64,000 bases of DNA, taken from contig NZ_AUUA01000004.1 of assembly GCF_000439085.1 (NCBI RefSeq), forward strand, positions 180,773-244,772, written 5' to 3'. The position numbers and the translations under genes were made by a program. This document shows positions 9,896 through 18,930 of the stretch, one piece after another. This DNA is from Leminorella grimontii ATCC 33999 = DSM 5078. GTDB taxonomy: Bacteria; Pseudomonadota; Gammaproteobacteria; Enterobacterales; Enterobacteriaceae. The notes beneath the pieces are model-generated. The model made no database searches, was not told where the DNA came from, and worked only from the letters and a program-made list of their open reading frames with translations. Every line of letters starts with the position of its first letter. The stretch's first letter is position 1.

Positions 9896-12583
9896 TTATT
9901 CCACGTTAGCGACATTTTCCTGCATGACTGAAGTGAGAAACGTTGCGATTTTATTCTCAATCTGACTATCGATCGTTCTTAGCCGCAGTAGGCTAATACC
10001 GCATTCGTCGAGAATAGCATTTTTTAGCGCGTCGCGTTCGCGCTGCGCTGGGCAGTCATGATGTCCGCCATCTATTTCAATCACCGCTAAAGGTTGCTTT
10101 CCTACACGATAGTAAAAAACAAAATCGCAGCTTGCTCCTTGTACCATAAACTCTCGCTGACGTAGCGTAAAACGATCGTCCATACGAGAGACCAGCTGTC
10201 TGAGTGGGATCTGTGCGTGTACAGTAAGGACGCGGTAAGTCGGCAGCCTGAGCGTATCGTTGATGAGCTGCGAAGCAATCTGTTCTGAGCGAAAGCGTGA
10301 GTCGTTGGGATTAAGTCGTTTTTTCAGTTTATCTAATGAGCGGTCATACTCTTCATAGAGCAGGTCGAATGCGCTGACTACTGGGCTATAATGTACCCGA
10401 TCGTTATCAGCGTAGTAGGTCATATAGCGAATTAGCGCAGCGATATGCTGATTGTTATTAGTGAATACATTATCACCGGTAACCAGCGTGAAGCGTTTTT
10501 GCGCACGTGAAACCGCGACATTGATAAGCTGCGGATCGTCAACAAAGTTAAGCGCCTGCCGATCTGCTTTCTTATCCAGTACGGTGGAAAAAATAATCTC
10601 TTCGCATTCGCGTCCCTGAAACTTATGCACCGTAGCGCTAATAAAATCAGTGGGAAGCGCTTGGTTTGAGAGGTCGACCTGAGCATTGTATGGCGCAATA
10701 AAACCGCGGCTATCTGCTTCGTCCCATTCTAGTGCCGTAAGCGACTCTAGTTCGCGTAAATTGCTTCTGTTACGCGTATGATTACCTTTAGCGGTCACTA
10801 CCAGCGATAGGGCTGATTCGCCGTTGTCACGGGTCATTGCGATTAACTGATTGTCATAAAATTGCTTATTGCAGAACTGAATTATTTTTGGATGACAACG
10901 ATAGTGCTCTTTCAACAAAGTGACGGGCAGCGAGTTGCCGTATAGCTTGAATAGTGAATCCAGCAGGCTGTGGCTGACACAGTCATAATGCGGCGCCGGT
11001 GCAAGCAAAGTGGTATTTTCTGGAACATGAGGAAGTTGCTTACGGTCGCCCACTACAATGACGTTTCTGGCGCAGCCTAAGGCTAAAATTCCCGGAACAA
11101 TATCTTGCTGCGATGCCTCATCAATAATGACGTAATCCAATAAAGCCCCTGGAGCCAGAGAATTAATGATGGAGTGTGTGCTACTACCAATTATCGGATA
11201 GCGTTTTAGAAAATTAGTAAAAACCTTCTGATAATTTCCCTCATTGAGGTTGTCATCTGGTGTGATTGATTTCCAAAGATGTGCGCGAAGAAACGCCATG
11301 GAATCCTGTGTCAGTTTTTGTTGCAAACTTATCACATCATTATTTTTTAAAGTTTTTTCGTTTTTTATCAGCGCATTTCTGGCCTGTTGTAAACGGATAG
11401 CATAATAATGACGCTGTAAGGCAAAGAATATCGACTGGCGTTTCTCCATAGTATTTAAAGGTTTCGTTCTCACAATGCTAAATTTGAACAGGAGTATTAG
11501 CCTATTGAGAAAGCTAATACGATTTTCTTTTAGAGACTGGAGAAAGGCCATCAAGTCAGTAATTTTATGCTGCGTCAGCTGATAGCGCTCAATTTTATGA
11601 TGATGTGTAATGTCGTGAGAATGTAGCCATTGGCTAAGATATTTTTCTTCGATGCTCAGTTCATCAATTTCAGCACGTAGCTTTGCTACGTCATTTTGTG
11701 CAAGGAGAAATTCTTTTAACCGCATTACTTGATTAGATATAACGCCGATTTCAGGTGCATTCGTTGGCGGTATTTTGGGGAGCTCGGGCTGAGTGGCGAA
11801 AAATTTGAGGCGATTATCCGCACTACCTAATCGAGCTACTACATAATCCAGATTTGCTTTTGCCAGTTTATCGTAAACATTCTCTACGGCAGTGTTGTTA
11901 TTAGAGACGATTGCGACACTGCAATTCTTGATCAGGATATTGGCGAGGATATTAAGTATCGTCTGGGTTTTTCCTGTACCAGGAGGTCCTTCTATAACTG
12001 AAATTTGTGCGCTAAATGCTTTCTCAACAGCCGTCATTTGGCTTTCATTCAGTCCGAAGGGATAGATAATGTTGTTCGGTATGCGTCGTGTTGCATTCTT
12101 ACTGTGGCAATAAGCTTCTAATGCCGTGTCGGGATGAGCCACAATTTTATCTAACTGATTCAGTATATTCTCTGCGATAGGCTTCTTGTCCTGAGTCGCG
12201 TTATGGACACGCTGTCTGGCAACGTCGCGGAAATAGGAAAAAACGTCATCATCTTTTAACGATGTTGCCGGCAGAATTTGCACGTCTTCAGCTTTCATCA
12301 CATAACATCGTTCCGAGTTTGGATAATAAATAAGAGCATATTTATTACCTACTATTTCGGCGCGAGCGATGGCTCGCACATTAGAGTGGCCTTTTTTGAT
12401 GAGTAAAGTGCCATTGACAAGCGTAGTGGGTTCGACCTTGCAGGCGCTGAACGGCCAAGTATAAGTTTTTCCTGAATGGAAATGACCAGTCAATTGAAGG
12501 CTCTTTGCGCTATTGCTGTAATACAGAGTCCAGTCAGAAAATTGCGCAGTTCTGTCTTGCCCTTCAACGTAAATAATGGTCAT
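9896..12583 (-). CDS. SF1 (DNA2/NAM7-like AAA_11/AAA_12) helicase fused to C-terminal DUF559/Vsr-like endonuclease domain; Hhe-like single-gene defense candidate
   Basis: 895 aa. Walker [11 protein letters not shown], motif II VIIDEASQ, motif VI TVHKFQGRECEEIIFS. The C-terminal region FVFYYRVGKQPLAVIEIDGGHHDCPAQRERDALKNAILDECGISLLRL is the DUF559 (Vsr-fold) signature. The gene is markedly AT-rich relative to its neighbours. An RBS ggaga precedes the ATG at 12583. Confidence 0.8.
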   Translation of the reverse strand: MTIIYVEGQDRTAQFSDWTLYYSNSAKSLQLTGHFHSGKTYTWPFSACKVEPTTLVNGTLLIKKGHSNVRAIARAEIVGNKYALIYYPNSERCYVMKAEDVQILPATSLKDDDVFSYFRDVARQRVHNATQDKKPIAENILNQLDKIVAHPDTALEAYCHSKNATRRIPNNIIYPFGLNESQMTAVEKAFSAQISVIEGPPGTGKTQTILNILANILIKNCSVAIVSNNNTAVENVYDKLAKANLDYVVARLGSADNRLKFFATQPELPKIPPTNAPEIGVISNQVMRLKEFLLAQNDVAKLRAEIDELSIEEKYLSQWLHSHDITHHHKIERYQLTQHKITDLMAFLQSLKENRISFLNRLILLFKFSIVRTKPLNTMEKRQSIFFALQRHYYAIRLQQARNALIKNEKTLKNNDVISLQQKLTQDSMAFLRAHLWKSITPDDNLNEGNYQKVFTNFLKRYPIIGSSTHSIINSLAPGALLDYVIIDEASQQDIVPGILALGCARNVIVVGDRKQLPHVPENTTLLAPAPHYDCVSHSLLDSLFKLYGNSLPVTLLKEHYRCHPKIIQFCNKQFYDNQLIAMTRDNGESALSLVVTAKGNHTRNRSNLRELESLTALEWDEADSRGFIAPYNAQVDLSNQALPTDFISATVHKFQGRECEEIIFSTVLDKKADRQALNFVDDPQLINVAVSRAQKRFTLVTGDNVFTNNNQHIAALIRYMTYYADNDRVHYSPVVSAFDLLYEEYDRSLDKLKKRLNPNDSRFRSEQIASQLINDTLRLPTYRVLTVHAQIPLRQLVSRMDDRFTLRQREFMVQGASCDFVFYYRVGKQPLAVIEIDGGHHDCPAQRERDALKNAILDECGISLLRLRTIDSQIENKIATFLTSVMQENVANVE

Positions 12584-13297
12584 TTTCTCTTCTCCATGAG
12601 GAATGGGAATGTTCTTGTCTAACTTTGGAGATAATAAGGATAAAAGAAATTTCCCCTAACGGAAAAGAAAAAAGATTATTTTTTATGATTCGTTTTTACT
12701 AGCTGTATCAGATGTGTGTTTTATCTTATGGAATATAAATATATTAAATTCTAAAACTCTAAATAATATCTAAAATTATATGGATATTGTCGCCGTTTTT
12801 AAACATTTCGGGCTGTTGTACTGTCTGTAATGAAAAAAGGCCGTTGGCTTAATGCCTGATACGGGAATTGATATGTGAAGATGCAGCTAGTACAACCATT
12901 TATTATTTAATCATAGGATTAAAAATAGGTTGTTTTTAGACGATATCTAATCGATTTTATGAAAACGGTTTTTTCTTACTTATAGCATCTGATTATATGT
13001 CCGCCGAATATTATAATCTCTTAATTCGGCAATGTAGAAAGTAGTTCATTTCATTTTCATCAATAGCCCTGCTTGTACGTGTAGTCTCCCCAGTTTTTCG
13101 GTACAGGCCGTAAACAGTGGATGTTATGCCCGTCATTCACTGAAATACTTGAATGCGTCTTCAGATTTGTAGCTATGACGCATGAATCCCTCATTCCGCC
13201 GCTTCATAATCACATTTATAGCTTTACATCTATATAGTGTTTAACCTATATTTTCGGGGCCCGTGTGGACGATTAAAACAACGGATACGTTCGATCA

Positions 13298-13606
13298 TTG
13301 GTGACTGATATAGACAGAGCCTGCGTGCTTGCGGCGTTAATTGTACTGAAAGAGAAGGGGCCAATGTTGTCCAGACCTTACGCCGATACGGTTAAAGGCG
13401 CTCGCTACGGTAATATGAAAGAGCTACGGCTGCTGAGGCGGGGCGAACCAATTCGGGCATTTTTTGCCTTTGATCTTCATCGTATCGCCATTCTGCTTTG
13501 CGCTGATAATAAGGTCGGTAACGAGAAACGTTTTTATGATGAAATGATTTCGATAGCCGATCGGGAATTTATGAACTATCTGAATAAATTAGAAGAGAAG
13601 GAGTAA
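13298..13606 (+). pseudogene. higB: HigB/Gp49-family (RelE/ParE superfamily) toxin, apparently frameshifted at N-terminus
   Basis: The frame starting at 13298 gives ...PMLSRPYADTVKGARYGNMKELRLLRRGEPIRAFFAFDLHRIAILLCADNKVGNEKRFYDEM, typical of the Gp49/HigB-2 family. The expected family N-terminus (V)WTIKTTDTFDHW is encoded in a different frame (GTG at 13263). That frame hits TGA at 13302-13304, a 1-nt register shift. Confidence 0.6.
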
Positions 13607-13610
13607 CGCC

Positions 13611-13913
13611 ATGGGCAGAACGCTGGAACAGCTTCTCGCAGATGAAAAACCGAGCGTCGTGGCCGAAGCTCAGGCAATGGCTAAGGATATCCTGCTCAAT
13701 ATTCATCTTGCTGAACTGCGTGAGAGGGTGCAGAAAACCCAAGTGGAAATGGCACAGGAGCTGGGCATCAAGCAGCCTACCGTCGCGGGAATGGAAAAGC
13801 CGGGACGCGACCTGAAGCTTTCTACGCTTAAACGCTACGTTGAGGCAGCGGGCGGTAAGCTGCGGCTTGACGTTGAGCTGCCGGACGGGTCGCATTATGG
13901 ATTTGTTTTGTAA
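13611..13913 (+). CDS. higA: HigA-family HTH (XRE) antitoxin
   Basis: 100 aa. HTH QVEMAQELGIKQPTVAGME. Starts 4 nt after the toxin stop. Toxin-first order is typical of higBA. Confidence 0.8.
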   Translation: MGRTLEQLLADEKPSVVAEAQAMAKDILLNIHLAELRERVQKTQVEMAQELGIKQPTVAGMEKPGRDLKLSTLKRYVEAAGGKLRLDVELPDGSHYGFVL

Positions 13914-13944
13914 GCAGTAAAGTGGGTCGTAGTGTAAATTCTTC

Positions 13945-13990
13945 TGGCGCAGCCCGGATACGGAAGCTGCGCCGCATTTTGTTTATTCAA
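13945..13990 (+). terminator. putative terminator after higA
   Basis: Stem ggcgcagc...gctgcgcc followed by a T-rich tract. Confidence 0.4.
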
Positions 13991-14250
13991 TCCGCAATAA
14001 TCCTTTTAACTGCAAAAACAGTTTTCTATCATCGACCTTCTTACCACGAACTAAGCTCTCGCCTGCACGAAATGCTTCATGGCCTGAAAGAAGCGCCTGA
14101 TGTATCAGGACGGTCACCGTTTTACCGGCAACGCCGCCTTTGAAAACTGCCGGATCTGTCCTCTGATGGATTAAGGCTTTCTTCACGCTTTATTGCGCTA
14201 AGGAAATCACAATGAATCTGATGAATAATTGTGCATCGCCCGCCGCAGAT

Positions 14251-14266
14251 GTTATATTAAAATATA
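14251..14266. promoter_or_regulatory. palindromic operator of chpSB-like TA operon
   Basis: Perfect inverted repeat ttatatt-aa-aatataa lies 18 bp upstream of the chpS-like ATG and overlaps the presumed -10. Confidence 0.5.
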
Positions 14267-14283
14267 ATATCCGGAGGTGCTCT

Positions 14284-14541
14284 ATGTATACCACTCGTCT
14301 GAAAAAGGTTGGCGGATCTGTCATGCTGGCGGTTCCTCCTGCCGTGCTGAAAACGCTGGGGCTGTCGACGGACAGCGAAGTGGGCATGACCATTGATAAT
14401 GGCTGCCTGATTATTGAACCTCAAAAACGTCCCCGCTATTCGCTCGAAGAACTGCTGGCGCAGTGCGATCCGCATGCTGAAATAAGCGAAGAGGGTCGGG
14501 AATGGATTGATGCGCCTGCGGTGGGCAAGGAGATCCTGTAA
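14284..14541 (+). CDS. chpS: ChpS/MazE/PemI-family antitoxin (AbrB/SpoVT fold)
   Basis: The 85-aa product MYTTRLKKVGGSVMLAVPPAVLKTLGL...RYSLEELLAQCDP closely parallels E. coli ChpS (ChpBI). Start is the ATG at 14284 after RBS ggaggtg. Confidence 0.85.
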   Translation: MYTTRLKKVGGSVMLAVPPAVLKTLGLSTDSEVGMTIDNGCLIIEPQKRPRYSLEELLAQCDPHAEISEEGREWIDAPAVGKEIL

Positions 14542-14874
14542 ATGGACAGAGGGGAAATCTGGCTCGTTTCACTGGATCCCACCAGCGGCCATGAACAAAG
14601 CGGAAAACGTCCGGTACTCATCGTGTCGAAGGCATCATTTAACACATTCACCCGGTTGCCCGTTGTTGTCCCTGTGACCAGCGGCGGAAACTTTGCTCGC
14701 GAAGCCGGTTTTATCGTCTCACTGGACGGCGCGGGAACAAAAACAACGGGCGTGATCCGCTGTGACCAGCCCAGAACCATTGATATGGGGGCCCGAAATG
14801 GTAAGCGACTGGAACGTATACCAGACGCTGTCGTGAATGAAGTGCTGGCCAGACTGGAAGCCATTCTGGGCTGA
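14542..14874 (+). CDS. chpB: ChpB/MazF/PemK-family endoribonuclease toxin
   Basis: 110 aa. RGEIWLVSLDPTSGHEQSGKRPVLIVS...GGNFAREAGF is collinear with E. coli ChpBK. The start abuts the antitoxin stop. Confidence 0.85.
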   Translation: MDRGEIWLVSLDPTSGHEQSGKRPVLIVSKASFNTFTRLPVVVPVTSGGNFAREAGFIVSLDGAGTKTTGVIRCDQPRTIDMGARNGKRLERIPDAVVNEVLARLEAILG

Positions 14875-14895
14875 TGTTTTTTATGTGATTGAGAG

Positions 14896-14935
14896 ATTCT
14901 GAAAAGCAAAAAGCCTGCTACAAAGCAGGCTTTTC
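14896..14935. terminator. bidirectional terminator between chpB and tRNA-Asn
   Basis: agcctgct-acaa-agcaggct with A-run upstream and T-run downstream. Confidence 0.7.
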
Positions 14936-14941
14936 TGAATT

Positions 14942-15017
14942 TGGCTCCTCTGACTGGACTCGAACCAGTGACATACGGATTAACAGTCCGCCGTTCTACC
15001 GACTGAACTACAGAGGA
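14942..15017 (-). tRNA. asn tRNA: tRNA-Asn (anticodon GUU)
   Basis: The reverse complement reads TCCTCTGTAGTTCAGTCGGTAGAACGGCGGACTGTTAATCCGTATGTCACTGGTTCGAGTCCAGTCAGAGGAGCCA. This is identical to E. coli tRNA-Asn including the encoded CCA. Confidence 0.97.
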
Positions 15018-15355
15018 ATCGTATAGACAGGGCGCATCATATCCGCCAGCCCGGGCGCTGTCAACCGCTTGGAAACCTCGTTAAGCGCGTTTGCTTATAC
15101 TTCATCCAAAAAGGGCGCGATCCGTTTCTATTTTAGCCATTTTGATACTTTTTGGGCCTAATTTTATTTTTTCTACGCGGCTGGAAAAGCTACATATCTT
15201 TAGTCAGAAATATTCTCATACGGGTATAGCTATTGAAAAAAGTAATATAGACTTTAAGTCAAGGTGGCCGAGGCTGCAGAGAGTGGGTATTTAGCCATTG
15301 CTTTCAATTTCACTTTTCGCAGCGGCATAATATTTGATGGCTAAGTGGTGGGCGA

Positions 15356-17914
15356 GTGCGTTTATTTAATTCCATATCATTAAAACCGCTAGTGACGCTG
15401 CTGTTTGTGCTGCTGTTGACGATTACGCTAAGTTCGGCGCTGTTTCTCCAGTTTCGCAATGAATTGCGCATTTTTGAAAGGCTTAGCGACCGCGTGACGG
15501 CGACGCACATTGAGTCCGTTGGCACCCATCTTTTCAACTTTATGGAAGTTCCTATCCAGTCTAACGCGGCCGTTGAAATGGTAATGCGGGAAGTTCTGGA
15601 TGCCCCTAAAGATACGCTGGAAGAGTTTGAATCACCGCTGAAGAGCACGATGGAAAAAATATTTCCCAATATGCCTCAGCTCAGCCTGATTGCGTTTGGT
15701 TCGGTTAACGGGAATTACATTGCGGTTGACAGAGGCACTGAAAATGGCAATTTTCGACTGCTGTTAAAAGACGCTAGGACTCACGGCGTAATGAACTTCT
15801 ATTCGGGGATGAGCATTCAAAGTCCGATTATTAATAGCGTTAACCACTACGATCCTCGTCTTCTGCCTTGGTACCGTGATGTAGAAATTAATCGCCAAGC
15901 TGTCTGGACTACGGCCTATTGGGACCTCAACAAGGTTAGGGAACTGACGATTTCTTATAACAGCCCCGTCTATGACGCCAACAGGCGGTATGTGGGGGTC
16001 GTCTCCAGCGACATCAAGGTTGAGCGCTTTAATCAATATTTACGTTCTATCCCCAGCTTGGGCAACGGCGTGATATTCGTTCTGGATGGCGACAACGAAA
16101 TGATTTCTTATTCGTCGAACGATAAGCTCTATAACGCGCCGGAGAGAGGAACGTTACTACACGATAAGGCTAAGCTTCGTACCCCGCTGGACAGCACTAA
16201 CCCCATTATTCACACCATGGCGCCCTATTTGGTTGACAGAGGGCTGGATAAGTTCACTTTTACTTTGAATGGTGAAATATTTCATGCTCGAGTTGCTCCC
16301 TTTGGCGCTTCGCTGGGGCTAAAAGATTGGCGGATCGTTGTCGCCGTACCTCGAAGTGACTTTATTGGCAGGCTTGACGCCGACAGGCGTACAACTATTT
16401 TCCTTATTTTAGGCGTATTTCTGGTTGGCATAACTCTGGCCTGGGTTGTTTTATCAAAAGTGACCACACCGATATTGGACGCAGCCCGACAGGCGAAGCT
16501 GCTTGCCCGGCAGGAGTGGTCTCCGTCCCACGAGTCGGGCTTTCAGCTTAAAGAAATCCGGCAGCTTAATAATGCGTTTAACGAGATGTCATCCCGGCTG
16601 TCAGCGGCCTTTTCGTCCTTGAAACATCAAGTTAACTACGATCCCGTGAGCGGGCTTTTAAGCGCCGAAGGGCTGTTGGAACAAATGAAGGCTCTCGATT
16701 TCTCGGGGAAAAAGCCCAAGTGGCGTGGGTTGATAATGCTAAGCCTGGATAATATTAGCGACGTCAACAACACGCTAGGCTATCAGAAAGGTGAGTGGCT
16801 GTTGGGCGAGTTTGCGGCGTCCTTAAACGCTATTGTGCCTGAAGGCGCGCTGCTTGCCCGGGTCAACGACGTCGAATTTGCCGTCTGCTACCCCGAAAGC
16901 CACCAGGGCGATATTCTGAAAGATAAAATTCCGAAATATGTTCATCTCTACACCCACTCTCAGGGCAGTGAGCACCTGATGTTTGTCGGTAATATTGCTT
17001 TCGTTGATGAAACGTTTGACGACGAATCCTTAACGGAGTATCTGCGTAAAGCGTCTCTGGCACTGGTGAGCGCACGCAAAAAGGGTACCGGCGCCTATGA
17101 AGTATATCGGCCGGAAATGATGACTCAGGCAGTTGAGAATACTCGAATGCTGTCGGAATTAAGCCAGGCGCAGTTTAATCAAGAACTGCTGGTCTACTTT
17201 CAGCCTATCGTTGAGTTGCGCGACGGCAGAGTTATCGGCGCGGAGGCGCTGATCCGCTGGCGGAGTAGGGCCTATGGCATGGTGGCTCCCTACGTTTTCA
17301 TTCCTTTAGCGGAAGAGTCTGGTCTTATTCTCTCTATCGGCCGCTGGGTGCTAAAAGAGTCGTGTCGCCAACTGGCGTTGAAGATTTCTGCCGGCTGGCC
17401 GAAGGACTTTATGATTCATATCAACGTTTCTGCCCGTCAGCTTATGCAGCCTGACTTTTATGATTCCATTGTAGAATCGCTGCGCGAAAGCGAGCTTTCT
17501 CCATGTAATCTTGCTCTCGAACTCACGGAATCCATTCTGGTAGAGAAGGGAACCATCATTGGCGAGCAAATTGCGAAAATCAGGGCATTAGGGCTTTCGG
17601 TCGCGATCGACGACTTCGGTTCCGGCTTTTCCAGCCTTTCTTATTTATATCGTCTACAGTTTGATTGCCTGAAAATTGATAGAGACTTCGTCTGTGGCGT
17701 ACTTGAAAGCGGCAGGAGCGAAGCGATCGTCTCTGCTGTCGTGCGACTGGCTGACGGGCTATCCGTACCGCTGGTTGCAGAGGGTATTGAAACCGAGGAG
17801 GCTGCCGCGAAGCTATATCACTTGGGCTGTAAACGCGGACAGGGTTACTATTTTGGCAGACCGATTCCGTTGGATGAATGGGAAAAGCCTGAGGGAGATG
17901 GCAAGAGAGGGTGA
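15356..17914 (+). CDS. membrane c-di-GMP phosphodiesterase: periplasmic Cache-type sensor, degenerate GGDEF, intact EAL
   Basis: 852 aa. Two TM segments flank a roughly 300-aa periplasmic Cache-like domain. The GGDEF position reads RVNDVEF, which is degenerate. EAL motifs are present: ELRDGRVIGAEALIRW, DDFGSGFSSL and EGIETEE. The GTG start at 15356 is uncertain. Confidence 0.8.
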   Translation: MRLFNSISLKPLVTLLFVLLLTITLSSALFLQFRNELRIFERLSDRVTATHIESVGTHLFNFMEVPIQSNAAVEMVMREVLDAPKDTLEEFESPLKSTMEKIFPNMPQLSLIAFGSVNGNYIAVDRGTENGNFRLLLKDARTHGVMNFYSGMSIQSPIINSVNHYDPRLLPWYRDVEINRQAVWTTAYWDLNKVRELTISYNSPVYDANRRYVGVVSSDIKVERFNQYLRSIPSLGNGVIFVLDGDNEMISYSSNDKLYNAPERGTLLHDKAKLRTPLDSTNPIIHTMAPYLVDRGLDKFTFTLNGEIFHARVAPFGASLGLKDWRIVVAVPRSDFIGRLDADRRTTIFLILGVFLVGITLAWVVLSKVTTPILDAARQAKLLARQEWSPSHESGFQLKEIRQLNNAFNEMSSRLSAAFSSLKHQVNYDPVSGLLSAEGLLEQMKALDFSGKKPKWRGLIMLSLDNISDVNNTLGYQKGEWLLGEFAASLNAIVPEGALLARVNDVEFAVCYPESHQGDILKDKIPKYVHLYTHSQGSEHLMFVGNIAFVDETFDDESLTEYLRKASLALVSARKKGTGAYEVYRPEMMTQAVENTRMLSELSQAQFNQELLVYFQPIVELRDGRVIGAEALIRWRSRAYGMVAPYVFIPLAEESGLILSIGRWVLKESCRQLALKISAGWPKDFMIHINVSARQLMQPDFYDSIVESLRESELSPCNLALELTESILVEKGTIIGEQIAKIRALGLSVAIDDFGSGFSSLSYLYRLQFDCLKIDRDFVCGVLESGRSEAIVSAVVRLADGLSVPLVAEGIETEEAAAKLYHLGCKRGQGYYFGRPIPLDEWEKPEGDGKRG

Positions 17915-17936
17915 GGCTTGTATTGCCTCTGATAAC

Positions 17937-17966
17937 GAAAAAGCCCGCTTTAAAAGCGGGCTTTTG
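17937..17966. terminator. bidirectional terminator between PDE gene and second tRNA-Asn
   Basis: aagcccgctt-taa-aagcgggctt flanked by A and T runs. Confidence 0.7.
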
Positions 17967-17971
17967 AAATT

Positions 17972-18047
17972 TGGCTCCTCTGACTGGACTTGAACCAGTG
18001 ACATACGGATTAACAGTCCGCCGTTCTACCGACTGAACTACAGAGGA
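17972..18047 (-). tRNA. asn tRNA: tRNA-Asn (anticodon GUU), second copy
   Basis: Same sequence as copy 1 except one T-loop change (GGTTCAAGTCC vs GGTTCGAGTCC). About 40 bp of 5' flank is shared (gcgcatcatatccg...ctgtcaac). Confidence 0.95.
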
Positions 18048-18717
18048 ATTACTTGAACGCCGCGCATCATATCCGGCTGTGCTCACCCTGTCAACGCTAA
18101 ATTTTTATCTTTTATCTAAGTGCTCATCAACTGAGCAAGCCGAACGTTGTTTGAGCAAGGATAGGGGGCATGGATATGCCGATGGTACGAATGGTAAAAG
18201 TGGCGGTAATAGACGGATGAGGGCGAGTGTATAAATAATAGTCGATAGAACGCGAGTTTGCTTTAAATTAAGATGTACGTTTCTTTACTCGAACAGCCAT
18301 CTATTTCATAAGGTGATTTTCACTAATCGAGAAGATGGAGAAAAAAGCATCAATACCAATAACGAAAAGCTCCATCTACCAACTTTTCGTTATTGAACTG
18401 TAATATTTATATTCTATTAATATTAATAATTAGGGGGTGTTGAAAATAAGGTGCTACGTCAGAAGATCTTTTTATACGGAATTGATTTTTTAACCTTAAA
18501 AGACGTTACTTTTACTTTCTATATATTTTGGCCGTTGGCAGCTAACAAAACACCCGACCTGAGGAAGGCACAATGTAAGTATTACTGAACCATCAGAGTA
18601 GGCAATTCTCTGGCTTGCTAATTAACAGGCACAGACAAACCGCAACGGCGTTCCGTTAGTCAACTAACTCAAACAGCAGGTGAACCCTAGCTTAATCAAC
18701 GCTCTTGAAGCGTCGAA

Positions 18718-18930
18718 TTATTTCACTTGGTACCAAATAGACTTTGGAACTTTGCCCAAATCAAAAAGCTTACCAGCAACCAGCTCTGCACGACGGTGAT
18801 CGGCAGCGCGATACATATTAGCCAAAATACTATTATCAGACAAAGAATAGTTTAGCTTATCGTAAAGACGCTCTAAGCTATCTTCGTTAGAACACTTACG
18901 AAACATCATTAAATAATCAATATCACTCAT
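18718..18930 (-). CDS. hypothetical small protein (70 aa), orphan ORF in AT-rich region
   Basis: Only ORF in the 1.1-kb AT-rich stretch. Reasonable composition but no recognisable family. Lies about 200 bp downstream of the ADH gene on the same strand. Confidence 0.25.
   Translation of the reverse strand: MSDIDYLMMFRKCSNEDSLERLYDKLNYSLSDNSILANMYRAADHRRAELVAGKLFDLGKVPKSIWYQVK

Noticed and set aside
13922-14186. 73-aa (+) and 67-aa (-) ORFs between higA and chpS
   Set aside because: Mutually overlapping, basic low-complexity products. The region contains the higA terminator and chpS promoter or operator.
17580-18086. 168-aa minus-strand ORF overlapping tRNA-Asn copy 2 and the PDE 3' end
   Set aside because: Runs straight through a tRNA gene and its terminator. 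Spurious.
9740-18100. Searched for integrase, transposase, IS inverted repeats and CRISPR arrays in the tRNA-Asn island
   Set aside because: No such ORFs or repeat arrays were found. The island appears to be a degenerate integrase-less hotspot, not an intact mobile element.
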